A stretch of DNA of 64,000 nt from an uncultured Verrucomicrobiae bacterium (GTDB lineage: Bacteria; Verrucomicrobiota; Verrucomicrobiia; Limisphaerales; Palsa-1400), in assembly GCA_963764165.1 (NCBI GenBank), contig CAVXRD010000002.1, positions 2,432,001-2,496,000 on the forward strand, read 5' to 3'. This document shows positions 29,822-38,464 of this stretch, piece by piece (position 1 is the stretch's first letter; every line of letters begins with the position of its first letter). A program made the position numbers and the translations under genes. Under the pieces are notes generated by a model. The model was not told where the DNA came from, made no database searches, and saw only the letters and a list, made by a program, of their open reading frames with translations.

Positions 29822-30682
29822 ATGAATCCCTACGGCAAATTTGTTTCGGACATCGCCAACCTCGTCAGCGAGGGAAAATCTTTGCCGCTTGGCGGCTTCG
29901 CGCCGCTGCCGCGGCCGGCCATCGCTCCCGATGCCCCCACGGTCCTCTTTTTTGCTCCCCACCCGGACGACGAAACGATCAGCGGCGGACTCGCCTTGCG
30001 CCTGCTGCGCGAGGCGAAATGGAACGTCATCAACATCGCCATCACGCTTGGCCGATTGAAGGAACGAAAGCCGGGACGCCTTGAGGAATTAAGGAATGCC
30101 TGCAACTTTTTGGGCTTCGGATTGGAAGTCGCCTCGCCGGAAGGCTTCGACGGAGTGACAGCTGCCACGCGGTCCAAAGACCCCGCCGCGTGGGGGCAGA
30201 TGGTCAAGATAACCGCCGCCATTTTGGAGAAGCACAAGCCGAAAGCCATCTTTCTGCCGCATGAATTGGATTGGAACGGCACGCATATCGGCACGCATTT
30301 TCTGGTCATGGATGCGCTCAAGGCCACCAAGGGCGTTGAATGCCATTTGATTGAAATGGAATTCTGGGGCCAAATGCAAACGCCCAATCTGCTGGTCGAA
30401 TACACCAGGGAAATTGTGGCCGATCTTGTGGCGGCGACGTCTTTCCATATTCTGGAAGTGAAACGCAATCCATATCACCTCCTGAATCCCGCGTGGATGA
30501 TGGACAATGTCCGGCGGGGGGCGGAACTGGTGGGCGGGCAGGGCGGAGCTGCGCCGTCGTTTGAATTCGCGCAAGTATTCCGCCTCCGCAAATGGAGCGG
30601 CAGTCAATTTGAAGATTGTTTGACAAAGGGGCGATTTTCCCCGGCCAGCGAAGATCCCTCGGCGATTTTTGCAGTCTCATAG
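29822..30682 (+). CDS. PIG-L/LmbE family N-acetyl-sugar deacetylase
   Basis: FAPHPDDETISGG, R..EL..AC..LGF, PHELDWNGTH. Confidence 0.88.
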   Translation: MNPYGKFVSDIANLVSEGKSLPLGGFAPLPRPAIAPDAPTVLFFAPHPDDETISGGLALRLLREAKWNVINIAITLGRLKERKPGRLEELRNACNFLGFGLEVASPEGFDGVTAATRSKDPAAWGQMVKITAAILEKHKPKAIFLPHELDWNGTHIGTHFLVMDALKATKGVECHLIEMEFWGQMQTPNLLVEYTREIVADLVAATSFHILEVKRNPYHLLNPAWMMDNVRRGAELVGGQGGAAPSFEFAQVFRLRKWSGSQFEDCLTKGRFSPASEDPSAIFAVS

Positions 30683-30970
30683 CAAAGCGCCCCCCTTCGG
30701 CCGCCACCCGACGCGGTCAATCCGAAAAACAACGGCTTATTGGTTCCATGCTGTTTTCAACGGCGTGCGGATCCTCTGCGCGCTCATCTTCTTTGCGCGA
30801 AAGTCCTTTCCCTATGGCAGGCCGTTGGCAATGCGTGTGATGCGTCTTGAGCCGCCGGCGCGGCGGTAGGGCATTTCCCGGTGGGCGAAGTCCGCATGGA
30901 ACCAGCGCATTCCTCTGCTACCTTGTTGAGCAGCCCAAAAAAGCAGCACATCAAGGAGAATTATCTAGTT

Positions 30971-32188
30971 ATGACACGAACACTTCAAGTTATCGCGGGA
31001 ACGGTCGCCGCCTCGATCGTCGGCCTTGCAGCTTCGGCCCAGGAAATGCCCAATTCCCCAACGGATGCGCGAGGAGATCGCCGCACCGACGTGACGAACC
31101 CTCGGCATCAAGGCCGGCTCAACGAAGCGGCCAAGGCGAGCGATGTTATCGGAATGCCTGTCACCAATGACCAGGGCGACAAGCTCGGCAAAATCAAAGA
31201 AGTCGCCATTGATTTGCAATCTGGACGCATCACTGAGGTCATCCTCGCCACCGGCGGGATGGCCGGGGTGGGTGACACTTACACGGCGCTGCCCCCGTGC
31301 TTGCTGCATAGTGACTCCGAGCGCAAACACTTCTTTTTGAACGCGGACAAGGAGAAGGTGAAAAACGCTCCCAAATTTGAATTTTCCCAGTGGGCGAACC
31401 AGGGATCGGCCGAACGCCTCAAAGCGGAATACGCCTATTACGGCGAGGAGGCCAAGGGCCAATCCATTGACTCCTCGGAGATTCCCGATGCGCGCCTGAC
31501 CCAAGTGCAAAGAGCCAGCAAACTGCTGGGCGACTCGGTCAGGAATGGCCAAAACGAAAAGGTCGGCAAGCTCGATAATTTGCTGCTGGATCTTCCTTCC
31601 GGCCGCGTGGTGGCTGCCATTGTTTCCTCTGGCGGATTTTTGGGCATGGATGGCGAATTGAGCGCCGTTCCGCCCTCCGCTCTCCGATACGTTGCGGATC
31701 AAAATACACTTCAGATCAACGCCTCCAAAGAAATGTTAAGCAGCGCGCCACATTTCAAGAGTGATCAATGGCCCGACTTCAGCCAGCCGGGTTACGCTGT
31801 CGGCGTCTACAGCGCCTATCATGCCGATCCTTATTTCACGACGAATGCTTCTCGTGACGGCGCCCGTGACGCTTCCCACGACGTCGATGACACCGCCCAA
31901 AATGTCCGCGACCGCGACAACCGGACGGTGACGCCTCTGGATCAAGGCAACAGCAAATCAGATATTAGCACCACCGCGCAAATTCGGAAGCAGGTCGTTT
32001 CCTCAAAAGACATGTCCACCGACGCCAAGAATGTGAAAATCATCACGATGAATGGCCGCGTGACCCTGCGCGGGCCAGTCAAGACCGAAGACGAGAAGCG
32101 CGCCATTGGCGACATCGCGAATAGGGTCGCCCGCCCTGAGAACGTGGACAACCAGATCGAGGTCAAAATTCGCAACACCAATAACTGA
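30971..32188 (+). CDS. Exported protein with two PRC-barrel domains and a C-terminal BON domain
   Basis: Signal peptide; ASDVIGMPVTNDQGDKLGKI..V.ID..SG and ASKLLG..VRN.QNEKVG (PRC); TAQIRK...VKIIT.NGRVTLRGPV...VDNQI (BON). Confidence 0.85.
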   Translation: MTRTLQVIAGTVAASIVGLAASAQEMPNSPTDARGDRRTDVTNPRHQGRLNEAAKASDVIGMPVTNDQGDKLGKIKEVAIDLQSGRITEVILATGGMAGVGDTYTALPPCLLHSDSERKHFFLNADKEKVKNAPKFEFSQWANQGSAERLKAEYAYYGEEAKGQSIDSSEIPDARLTQVQRASKLLGDSVRNGQNEKVGKLDNLLLDLPSGRVVAAIVSSGGFLGMDGELSAVPPSALRYVADQNTLQINASKEMLSSAPHFKSDQWPDFSQPGYAVGVYSAYHADPYFTTNASRDGARDASHDVDDTAQNVRDRDNRTVTPLDQGNSKSDISTTAQIRKQVVSSKDMSTDAKNVKIITMNGRVTLRGPVKTEDEKRAIGDIANRVARPENVDNQIEVKIRNTNN

Positions 32189-32228
32189 ATTAAACTTCCT
32201 CACAACTCATCAACGAAAGTTAATAAAT

Positions 32229-32810
32229 ATGTCAAAGAAATCCGTATTCTGCATCGCAAACTCCCGAAGCCAGGCCGATCTCATTGTGGATCAGCTTAAG
32301 TTCGCCAACTTTTCCAATAACGATATTTCGGTGTTGTTCCCCGACAAAGACACGACCCGTGATTTTGCGCACGAGAAGAACACCAAGGCTCCCGAAGGAA
32401 TCGCCACCGGCGCAGGCACAGGCGGCGTCCTGGGCGGAGCGCTCGGATGGGTGGCGGGCATTGGCGCATTGGCCATACCCGGAGTGGGGCCGTTCATCGC
32501 AGCCGGCCCCATTATTGCCGCTTTGAGCGGCGCCGCGGTCGGCGCAGCCGTCGGCGGCATCGCGGGTGGATTGATCGGCCTCGGCATTCCCGAGATCGAA
32601 GCCAAGCGTTATGAGGGCAAAGTCAAGGAAGGCAATCTCCTTCTCTCCGTGCATACCGAGAACTCGGATGAAATCAAGCTGGCCAAGGACATCTTCACCA
32701 AGGCTGGCGCGCAAGATATTTGCACCACTGGCGAAGCCTCGACGCCCAAAGACGCGAAAGCCGATGCCCGCGCTTCACGCACCGACAAAGTCCTTGTCGA
32801 GACTCCTTAA
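32229..32810 (+). CDS. General-stress-protein-like membrane protein (Gly-zipper)
   Basis: F..NDISVL, EGIATGAGTGGVLGG.LG...GIGALAIPGVGPFIAAGP, LIGLGIPEIEAKRYE. Confidence 0.75.
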   Translation: MSKKSVFCIANSRSQADLIVDQLKFANFSNNDISVLFPDKDTTRDFAHEKNTKAPEGIATGAGTGGVLGGALGWVAGIGALAIPGVGPFIAAGPIIAALSGAAVGAAVGGIAGGLIGLGIPEIEAKRYEGKVKEGNLLLSVHTENSDEIKLAKDIFTKAGAQDICTTGEASTPKDAKADARASRTDKVLVETP

Positions 32811-32884
32811 TTCCATGGGGGATTGCGGTTGACATGAAGATCCGCAATCCCTTTGCGGGGTTACCAATCCATCCCTGTTTAAAC

Positions 32885-32917
32885 GGAGCGCGGCTGTGTC
32901 GAAGACCAGCCGCAGCC
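32885..32917 (+). repeat. REP-like element, copy 1
   Basis: GGAGCGCGGCTGTGTCGAAGACCAGCCGCAGCC, near-identical to the copies at 36859 and 36963. Confidence 0.7.
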
Positions 32918-33114
32918 GCTTCGAAACGAGAAACGCCTTCACAAGATTTTCGACCAGCCAACCGCCGCTCCGCGGATTTGATATTTTTTAAATGATCGCC
33001 ACAAACAAGATTTGGCCCCCATTTCCCGCGCGCCCCAGAATTTCAAAATTGTAATTGACGCTAATTGCCGGGGAATTTCTTCCACGAATGAAATCAGGGA
33101 TGCCGGATCTGGAA

Positions 33115-34995
33115 CTAAATCGAGATCTGGCGCCCAATTTCCACCACGGAATCCGAGGGCAGCCGGAGGTATTCACTCAAATGCGTGGAATTGCGCTGCA
33201 TCGCGACAAAGCACGACGCCAGCCATTTCGACGGGCCTCTGCGGCTTTCGCTGGAGATAATGGTCTCATGGCCCACGTAATAGGTAACGTCAGAAAGATC
33301 GATGCTGCATCCGCCCGCGCACGCTTGCCGGAGCAATTCTGGAAGATCAGGCCGTTCCATAAATCCATAGTGAGCCGACGCGCGCCAAAATTGAGGGGCC
33401 AGCTCCTTCAAGGCCAGACGGTCACCTTCGCTGACCCACGGGCTGGATTCCGTGTCCACTGTCACGACGAATAGGCGCTGGTGAAGCGCCCGGCTGTGCC
33501 CGACGTGCCACACCATCAAGGGGGGAACATCTTCTCTGGTGCGAGTGAGAAACACCGCCGTTCCCGGCACCCGCGGAATTTGCTTTTGCTCAAGCTCGGC
33601 CATGAATGTCCCAATCGGAACGACCGAGTCCTGAAACTTTGCCGATACCACTTTCGCTCCATGATGCCAGACAAGCATAATTCCATAAGCCAATCCCGCC
33701 AGCAGGAGCGGCACATAGCCGCCAGCGGCGATCTTGGAGGAATTGGCGGCGAAAAATGTAATGTCAACAGTAATGAAAACGCCCGCGATTGCGCCCGCGC
33801 GAAAGACGCCCCAGCCCCAGATTTCGCGCATCGCGATAAAGAGCAGCGCGGAAGTCGCCAGCATCGTGCCGGAGACGGCGATGCCGTAGGCTGCCGCAAG
33901 ATTGTCCGACTTGCGGAAGGCGAGCGCCAGCCCGCAGGTGACAAGCATGAGAGTCCAGTTGACGGCCCCGACATAAATTTGCCCGTAGCCCTCGGCCGAG
34001 GTCTGGGTGACCTTCAGGCGCGGCAGCCAGCCGAGCTGGATGGCCTGGCGGGTCATCGAAAACGCTCCGGTGATGATCGACTGGCTGGCGATAATCGTGG
34101 CAACGGTGGACAGCACCACGACCGGAATGAGCAATGCCGACGGGCAAAGCCGATAGAAAATATTGTCGGAAGTCGGCGCCCCCTCGAGCACCAATGCAGC
34201 CTGGCCGGCGTAGTTCAGAACGAGGCTTGGAAAGACCACGCCTGACCAGGCAAGCCGGATGGGCCGCGCACCGAAGTGTCCCATGTCTGCGTAAAGCGCC
34301 TCCGCGCCGGTGACGCACAGGAAGACGCCGCCCAGGGCCAGAAACCCTTTCAGCCCGCTTGAGTGCAAATAAGAAAATCCATAGATTGGGTTCAGCGCGA
34401 GAAGAACCGATGGATGCCTCGATATCCCCCAAATTCCCAGGAGCGCGATCGTCACGAACCAAGTGAGCATAATTGGCCCAAACGCCCTGCCAATCCGCGC
34501 CGTGCCCTGCGGCTGAATTAAAAACAACGCGACCAGAATGGCGACGGTGGAGGGAAGAACATAGCGTGAGAACGAAGGCGCCACGATGTTCAGCCCCTCC
34601 AGCGCGGACAGCACGGAAATTGCGGGCGTGACTGCGCCATCGCCGTAAATCAGCGCCGCTCCGAGAAGTCCAAGCGCGACGATGACGGGCCGAGGCTTGA
34701 GTTTGACACCCAGCAGTGACATAAGGGCGAGGATGCCGCCCTCGCCGTCATTGTCGATGCGCATGGCAAACGAAACATACTTGACAGTGGTGACGATGAT
34801 CAGGGTCCAGATGATCAGCGACAAGGTTCCAAGAAGAACGACTCGATCAGGCTTGCCACCGGTCAGCGCAAGCACGGTCTTGAGCGTGTAAAGCGGGCTT
34901 GTTCCAATATCGCCGAAAACCACGCCCAAGGCGGACAGGCCCAGCAGCCAGAGGCTCCCTTTGTGTTCAGGCCGGTTTCCGGTCTTGGAAATCAT
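33115..34995 (-). CDS. kup: KUP/HAK/KT potassium transporter
   Basis: LGVVFGDIGTSPLY, DNDGEGGILAL, YGDGAVTPAISVLSA, TGAEALYADMGHFG, YGQIYV, AAYGIAV, VEIGRQI. Confidence 0.96.
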   Translation of the reverse strand: MISKTGNRPEHKGSLWLLGLSALGVVFGDIGTSPLYTLKTVLALTGGKPDRVVLLGTLSLIIWTLIIVTTVKYVSFAMRIDNDGEGGILALMSLLGVKLKPRPVIVALGLLGAALIYGDGAVTPAISVLSALEGLNIVAPSFSRYVLPSTVAILVALFLIQPQGTARIGRAFGPIMLTWFVTIALLGIWGISRHPSVLLALNPIYGFSYLHSSGLKGFLALGGVFLCVTGAEALYADMGHFGARPIRLAWSGVVFPSLVLNYAGQAALVLEGAPTSDNIFYRLCPSALLIPVVVLSTVATIIASQSIITGAFSMTRQAIQLGWLPRLKVTQTSAEGYGQIYVGAVNWTLMLVTCGLALAFRKSDNLAAAYGIAVSGTMLATSALLFIAMREIWGWGVFRAGAIAGVFITVDITFFAANSSKIAAGGYVPLLLAGLAYGIMLVWHHGAKVVSAKFQDSVVPIGTFMAELEQKQIPRVPGTAVFLTRTREDVPPLMVWHVGHSRALHQRLFVVTVDTESSPWVSEGDRLALKELAPQFWRASAHYGFMERPDLPELLRQACAGGCSIDLSDVTYYVGHETIISSESRRGPSKWLASCFVAMQRNSTHLSEYLRLPSDSVVEIGRQISI

Positions 34996-35164
34996 TTTCT
35001 AGATACTGAATGAGTTTAGCGCGGCTTGGCGAGAGAAACGATGGTGCGTTCTGCCCGTGACGGGCGGTTTGGCAGCCCTGCTCTTGAGGGGGAAAACAAC
35101 CCAGCTCTTTCCAGGCGGAAATTCTCCCCAATGGTTTTCCATCGCCCGCGGGCTACGTTGGACG

Positions 35165-35827
35165 ATGATTGAGGCGTTTATTTTTGATGTGGACGGCACG
35201 TTGATAGACTCGAATGAGTTTCACGCCAAGGCTTGGGAAAAAGCATTCGCCGCCCACGGAAAGGAAATTCCGATGCAAAAAATCCGCCCCCATCTTGGGA
35301 AAGGCTCGGACCAACTGCTTCCCGAATTCCTCGATAAGAAAGAAATGGAGAGGCTTGGAAAAGCCATTTCCGAAATGCGCGCGGAGATTTTTAAGCGCGA
35401 GTATTTGCCCCAGGTGCGCCCCTTCCCAGGAGTGCGCGAGCTGTTCAAGAGAATTCGCGAAGCCGATCGGCGCATCGCCTTGGCGTCGTCGTCCAAAAAG
35501 GAGGAGGTCGAGGAATATAAAACCATCGCGCAGATTGAAGATTTGGTGGAGCAATCCACCTCCTCGGATGACGCCGAGGAATCCAAACCAGAGCCCGATA
35601 TCTTTCAAGCGGCCATGGGCCTCCTCAGAAACCCGCCCGCGCACAAAGTGTTGGTGGTCGGGAATACGCCGCATGACGCCGTGGCGGCGACCCGGGCCAA
35701 GCTGGCTGTTATCGGCGTCTTATGCGGGGGATTCTCGGAAAAGGTTTTGCGAGCCAGCGGCTGTCGAGCCATTTATCAGGATCCGGCGGATTTGTTGGCC
35801 AACTTGGAAAAAATCTTGAAAGGTTGA
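35165..35827 (+). CDS. HAD-superfamily hydrolase
   Basis: IFDVDGTLIDS, LASSS, SKPEPDIF, VGNTPHD (motif IV). Confidence 0.88.
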   Translation: MIEAFIFDVDGTLIDSNEFHAKAWEKAFAAHGKEIPMQKIRPHLGKGSDQLLPEFLDKKEMERLGKAISEMRAEIFKREYLPQVRPFPGVRELFKRIREADRRIALASSSKKEEVEEYKTIAQIEDLVEQSTSSDDAEESKPEPDIFQAAMGLLRNPPAHKVLVVGNTPHDAVAATRAKLAVIGVLCGGFSEKVLRASGCRAIYQDPADLLANLEKILKG

Positions 35828-36365
35828 GCTGCGGGACAAGGGTCAAACCCATTTCGCCGAGAAAGCTCCGCCCGGGCTGTTTTCTTCGTGATCTTTGTAA
35901 CCTTGTTGTTAAAGGTCCTTCTTTTGAGATTGCCAACGGCATCGCGCGCGAAGGTCTTGCCGGTCAACCCGAAGCCGCAAGAGGATTGAACAACAAGCAG
36001 GCAAAGGCCACGAAGTGGCAATGGCGTTGAAGCCACTTTTCTGTTCCTCCTCCGCGCCCTCCTCCCCTCTGCGCGATTGCTTTTAATGCCACGATGGAAC
36101 CAGTCGGGACAGCATCCGCGCATCGTCAACCTCAGTCAGACGATAAGAATGTTCGCGCAGAGAAACTCAAGAGGCAAATCATACTCCACTATAATGGAGA
36201 CAGGATTGCGGCCTTCTTGCAAAAAGCGAGGCAGTTTCCGCGAAGGCCGTGCACACTGCCCGCCAAGAACACCAATAAGCCCCCTCTCACAGGGAGAGAT
36301 CACGCGGAGTGCGCTGGCATCAAACTTGCAGAGGTTCTAATGGCCCCCGGAACAATAATATAATT

Positions 36366-36758
36366 ATGAATCAATACAAAAATCCTACTTGGTGGACGAA
36401 AGAAAATGACTCGGCTTGGGAACGGACCAAAGCGGCTTTCAAGCGCGATTGGGACCAAACGAAGCATGACGTGGGCGGCGATGAGCCAGATACCAATCAG
36501 AATGTCTCGGACACTGTCAAACAAGCGTCCGGCAAAGAAGCCATTCCGCCGCGTGGCGTGCCCAACTATGACGATGTGGAGCCGGCTTACCGTTTCGGTT
36601 ACGGAGCCCGCTCGCAATATGGGAAGAAATATCCGAAATGGAGTCCTGAGCTTGAAGCGGAATTGCGCCGCGACTGGGCCAGCACCTATCCCGACCACGC
36701 CCAAACCTGGGACGAGGACGCGGAATACGTTCGTTCCGGCTGGGATTACAAGAACTAG
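36366..36758 (+). CDS. Small hydrophilic hypothetical protein (stress-cluster type)
   Basis: Coherent ORF MNQYKNPTWW...PAYRFGYGA...W...E.ELRRDW after an AT-rich leader. Confidence 0.7.
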   Translation: MNQYKNPTWWTKENDSAWERTKAAFKRDWDQTKHDVGGDEPDTNQNVSDTVKQASGKEAIPPRGVPNYDDVEPAYRFGYGARSQYGKKYPKWSPELEAELRRDWASTYPDHAQTWDEDAEYVRSGWDYKN

Positions 36759-36858
36759 TTTGCGCTGGCCGGTTCTGGCGCGCCCCCGACAAAAAAGAAT
36801 TCGCCGGTGGGCGCCGGAACCGGGTGTGATTGGAAGTGGGTGATCGCGCAGGCCGATA

Positions 36859-36994
36859 GGCGCGGCTGTGTCAAAGGCCAGCCGCAGCCATTCTCAAACA
36901 GCCGAAAACGATTTTGTTGCGGGCATCACCAAAAAATACATCAACTCGCCGCTTGGTTCGAAGCAGCGGCTGGTTTTCGACACAACCGCGCGCC
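36859..36994. repeat. REP doublet (REPIN-like) between convergent genes
   Basis: GGCGCGGCTGTGTCAAAGGCCAGCCGCAGCC (36859-36889) plus inverted copy GCAGCGGCTGGTTTTCGACACAACCGCGCGCC (36963-36994). Confidence 0.7.
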
Positions 36995-37076
36995 GCTTCA
37001 GGCATAATCGGCTGTAATCTCACTTGCGTCTCACCCATTTTTAATCATATCCGCCGGAACCCGCGATATAGATTCC

Positions 37077-37268
37077 TTATGAATCCGTATTATCCGGCTT
37101 CGGTGGTTCGGGCGCTTTTGCGGCCGTGCCCTTTCGTTTGAGAACAGCCAGTCGCAACAAGTATTCTATCTGGCCGTTGACGCTGCGGAGCTCATCCTGC
37201 GCCCAGGATTCCAATTCATTCCAGAGCGCCGGATCGATTCGCAATAAGAACGGTTTCCGTTCCGCCAT
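37077..37268 (-). CDS. Arc-like ribbon-helix-helix DNA-binding protein
   Basis: [35 protein letters not shown]; directly downstream of an SPFH gene. Confidence 0.85.
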   Translation of the reverse strand: MAERKPFLLRIDPALWNELESWAQDELRSVNGQIEYLLRLAVLKRKGTAAKAPEPPKPDNTDS

Positions 37269-37280
37269 AACGTCAATGCG

Positions 37281-38186
37281 TCAATGATAAAGAGTTCCCG
37301 TGTTGATGACCGGGTGCGCTTCCGATTCGCCGCATAACACCACCATCAGGTTGCTCACCATCGCCGCTTTGCGCTCGTCGTCCAGCACGACGACATGCTT
37401 TTCCGCGAGGCTCTTCAGCGCCAGGTCCACCATGGAAACAGCGCCTTGCACAATCTTTTGCCGGGCCGCGATGACCGCCTCGGCCTGCTGCCGGCGCAGC
37501 ATGGCTTGCGCGATTTCCGGCGCGTAGGAGAGATTGGTCAGGCGCGCTTCGTCCACCGTCACGCCAGCCTTGGCCAGGCGCTGGTCCAATTCTTCCCGCA
37601 GCGATTTGGAAACGTCGTCCACATTCGTGCGCAATGTCGGTTCATTATCCTCGCCGTTGTCGTAGTTGTAGGCGCTGGCCAGGTGCCGCAGGGAAGTTTC
37701 GCTCTGCGTGTGAACGTATTGCTCGTAATGATCGACGTCGAATGTCGCCTGGGCCGTGTCCGCGACGCGCCACACGACGACGGCGGCGATTTCGATCGGA
37801 TTGCCTTTCTTGTCGTTGACCTTGAGTTTGTCGACATTCAAGGTGCGGGCGCGCAAGGATATTTTCGGCGCTTTGGTGTAAAATGGATTGGCCCAATGGA
37901 AACCGCTTTCGCGCGCGGTGCCCTTGTACTTTCCGAATAGCAAGAGGACACGCGCTTCATTTGGTTGCAGCGTGAAATATCCTCCCAAGGCCGCCAGACC
38001 CGCCGCATAGGCGAAGCCATACCCCACCAGTGCCACCCACCATGGATGCTGGCCGTGCTCAATAATATAATGAATAGAAAACCAGAGCACCGTGCCCATA
38101 TACACCAGATGAATCGGCACCACCAGCCAGCCGTTGGGAGGGCTCATGACCCTTTCGGGCGTCGAAACGGACTTTGTTGTGTTCAT
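37281..38186 (-). CDS. SPFH/band-7 domain membrane protein
   Basis: Two TMs, LQPNEARVLLLFGKY.GT, KVNDKKGNPIEIAAVVVW, LSYAPEIAQAMLRRQQA. Confidence 0.92.
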   Translation of the reverse strand: MNTTKSVSTPERVMSPPNGWLVVPIHLVYMGTVLWFSIHYIIEHGQHPWWVALVGYGFAYAAGLAALGGYFTLQPNEARVLLLFGKYKGTARESGFHWANPFYTKAPKISLRARTLNVDKLKVNDKKGNPIEIAAVVVWRVADTAQATFDVDHYEQYVHTQSETSLRHLASAYNYDNGEDNEPTLRTNVDDVSKSLREELDQRLAKAGVTVDEARLTNLSYAPEIAQAMLRRQQAEAVIAARQKIVQGAVSMVDLALKSLAEKHVVVLDDERKAAMVSNLMVVLCGESEAHPVINTGTLYH

Positions 38187-38203
38187 AAATACCTTTCTAT
38201 GTT

Positions 38204-38233
38204 TGATATTTAAGTGATATCATAGTGATTTCA
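38204..38233. promoter_or_regulatory. Putative operator for the RHH regulator
   Basis: TGATAT, TGATATCA and TGATTTCA at 38204, 38215 and 38226 (11-bp period), just upstream of the SPFH start. Confidence 0.55.
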
Positions 38234-38334
38234 AATTACAAAGCAAGGATCTTGTTTGTAATCGGGTGGGGGACGATCCTGATGGGGTGGGTATGCCCGG
38301 AATTTGGCCCTTCTGGCTGGAGGTTGTTAAGAAA

Positions 38335-38414
38335 TGTAGCGGGTGTGTAGCGCCTTTGTAGCGTGTTTGTAGCGGTTTATTTCGTTGATAATCAACGATG
38401 TAGCGGGTATAGCG
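38335..38414. repeat. Phased TGTAGCG heptamer array with central palindrome
   Basis: TGTAGCG at 38335, 38346, 38357, 38368; palindrome TCGTTGAT-A-ATCAACGA at 38382-38398; TGTAGCG at 38399 and TATAGCG at 38408. Confidence 0.85.
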
Positions 38415-38464
38415 GCTTTTTCGAGATCATACCTATTTCATGCCTATTCGATGCCGTCCCGGTT

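Noticed and set aside
38335..38414. CRISPR array or dif site
   Set aside because: Repeats are 7 nt with 4-nt spacers, no cas genes are present, and there is no match to the XerC/XerD dif consensus.
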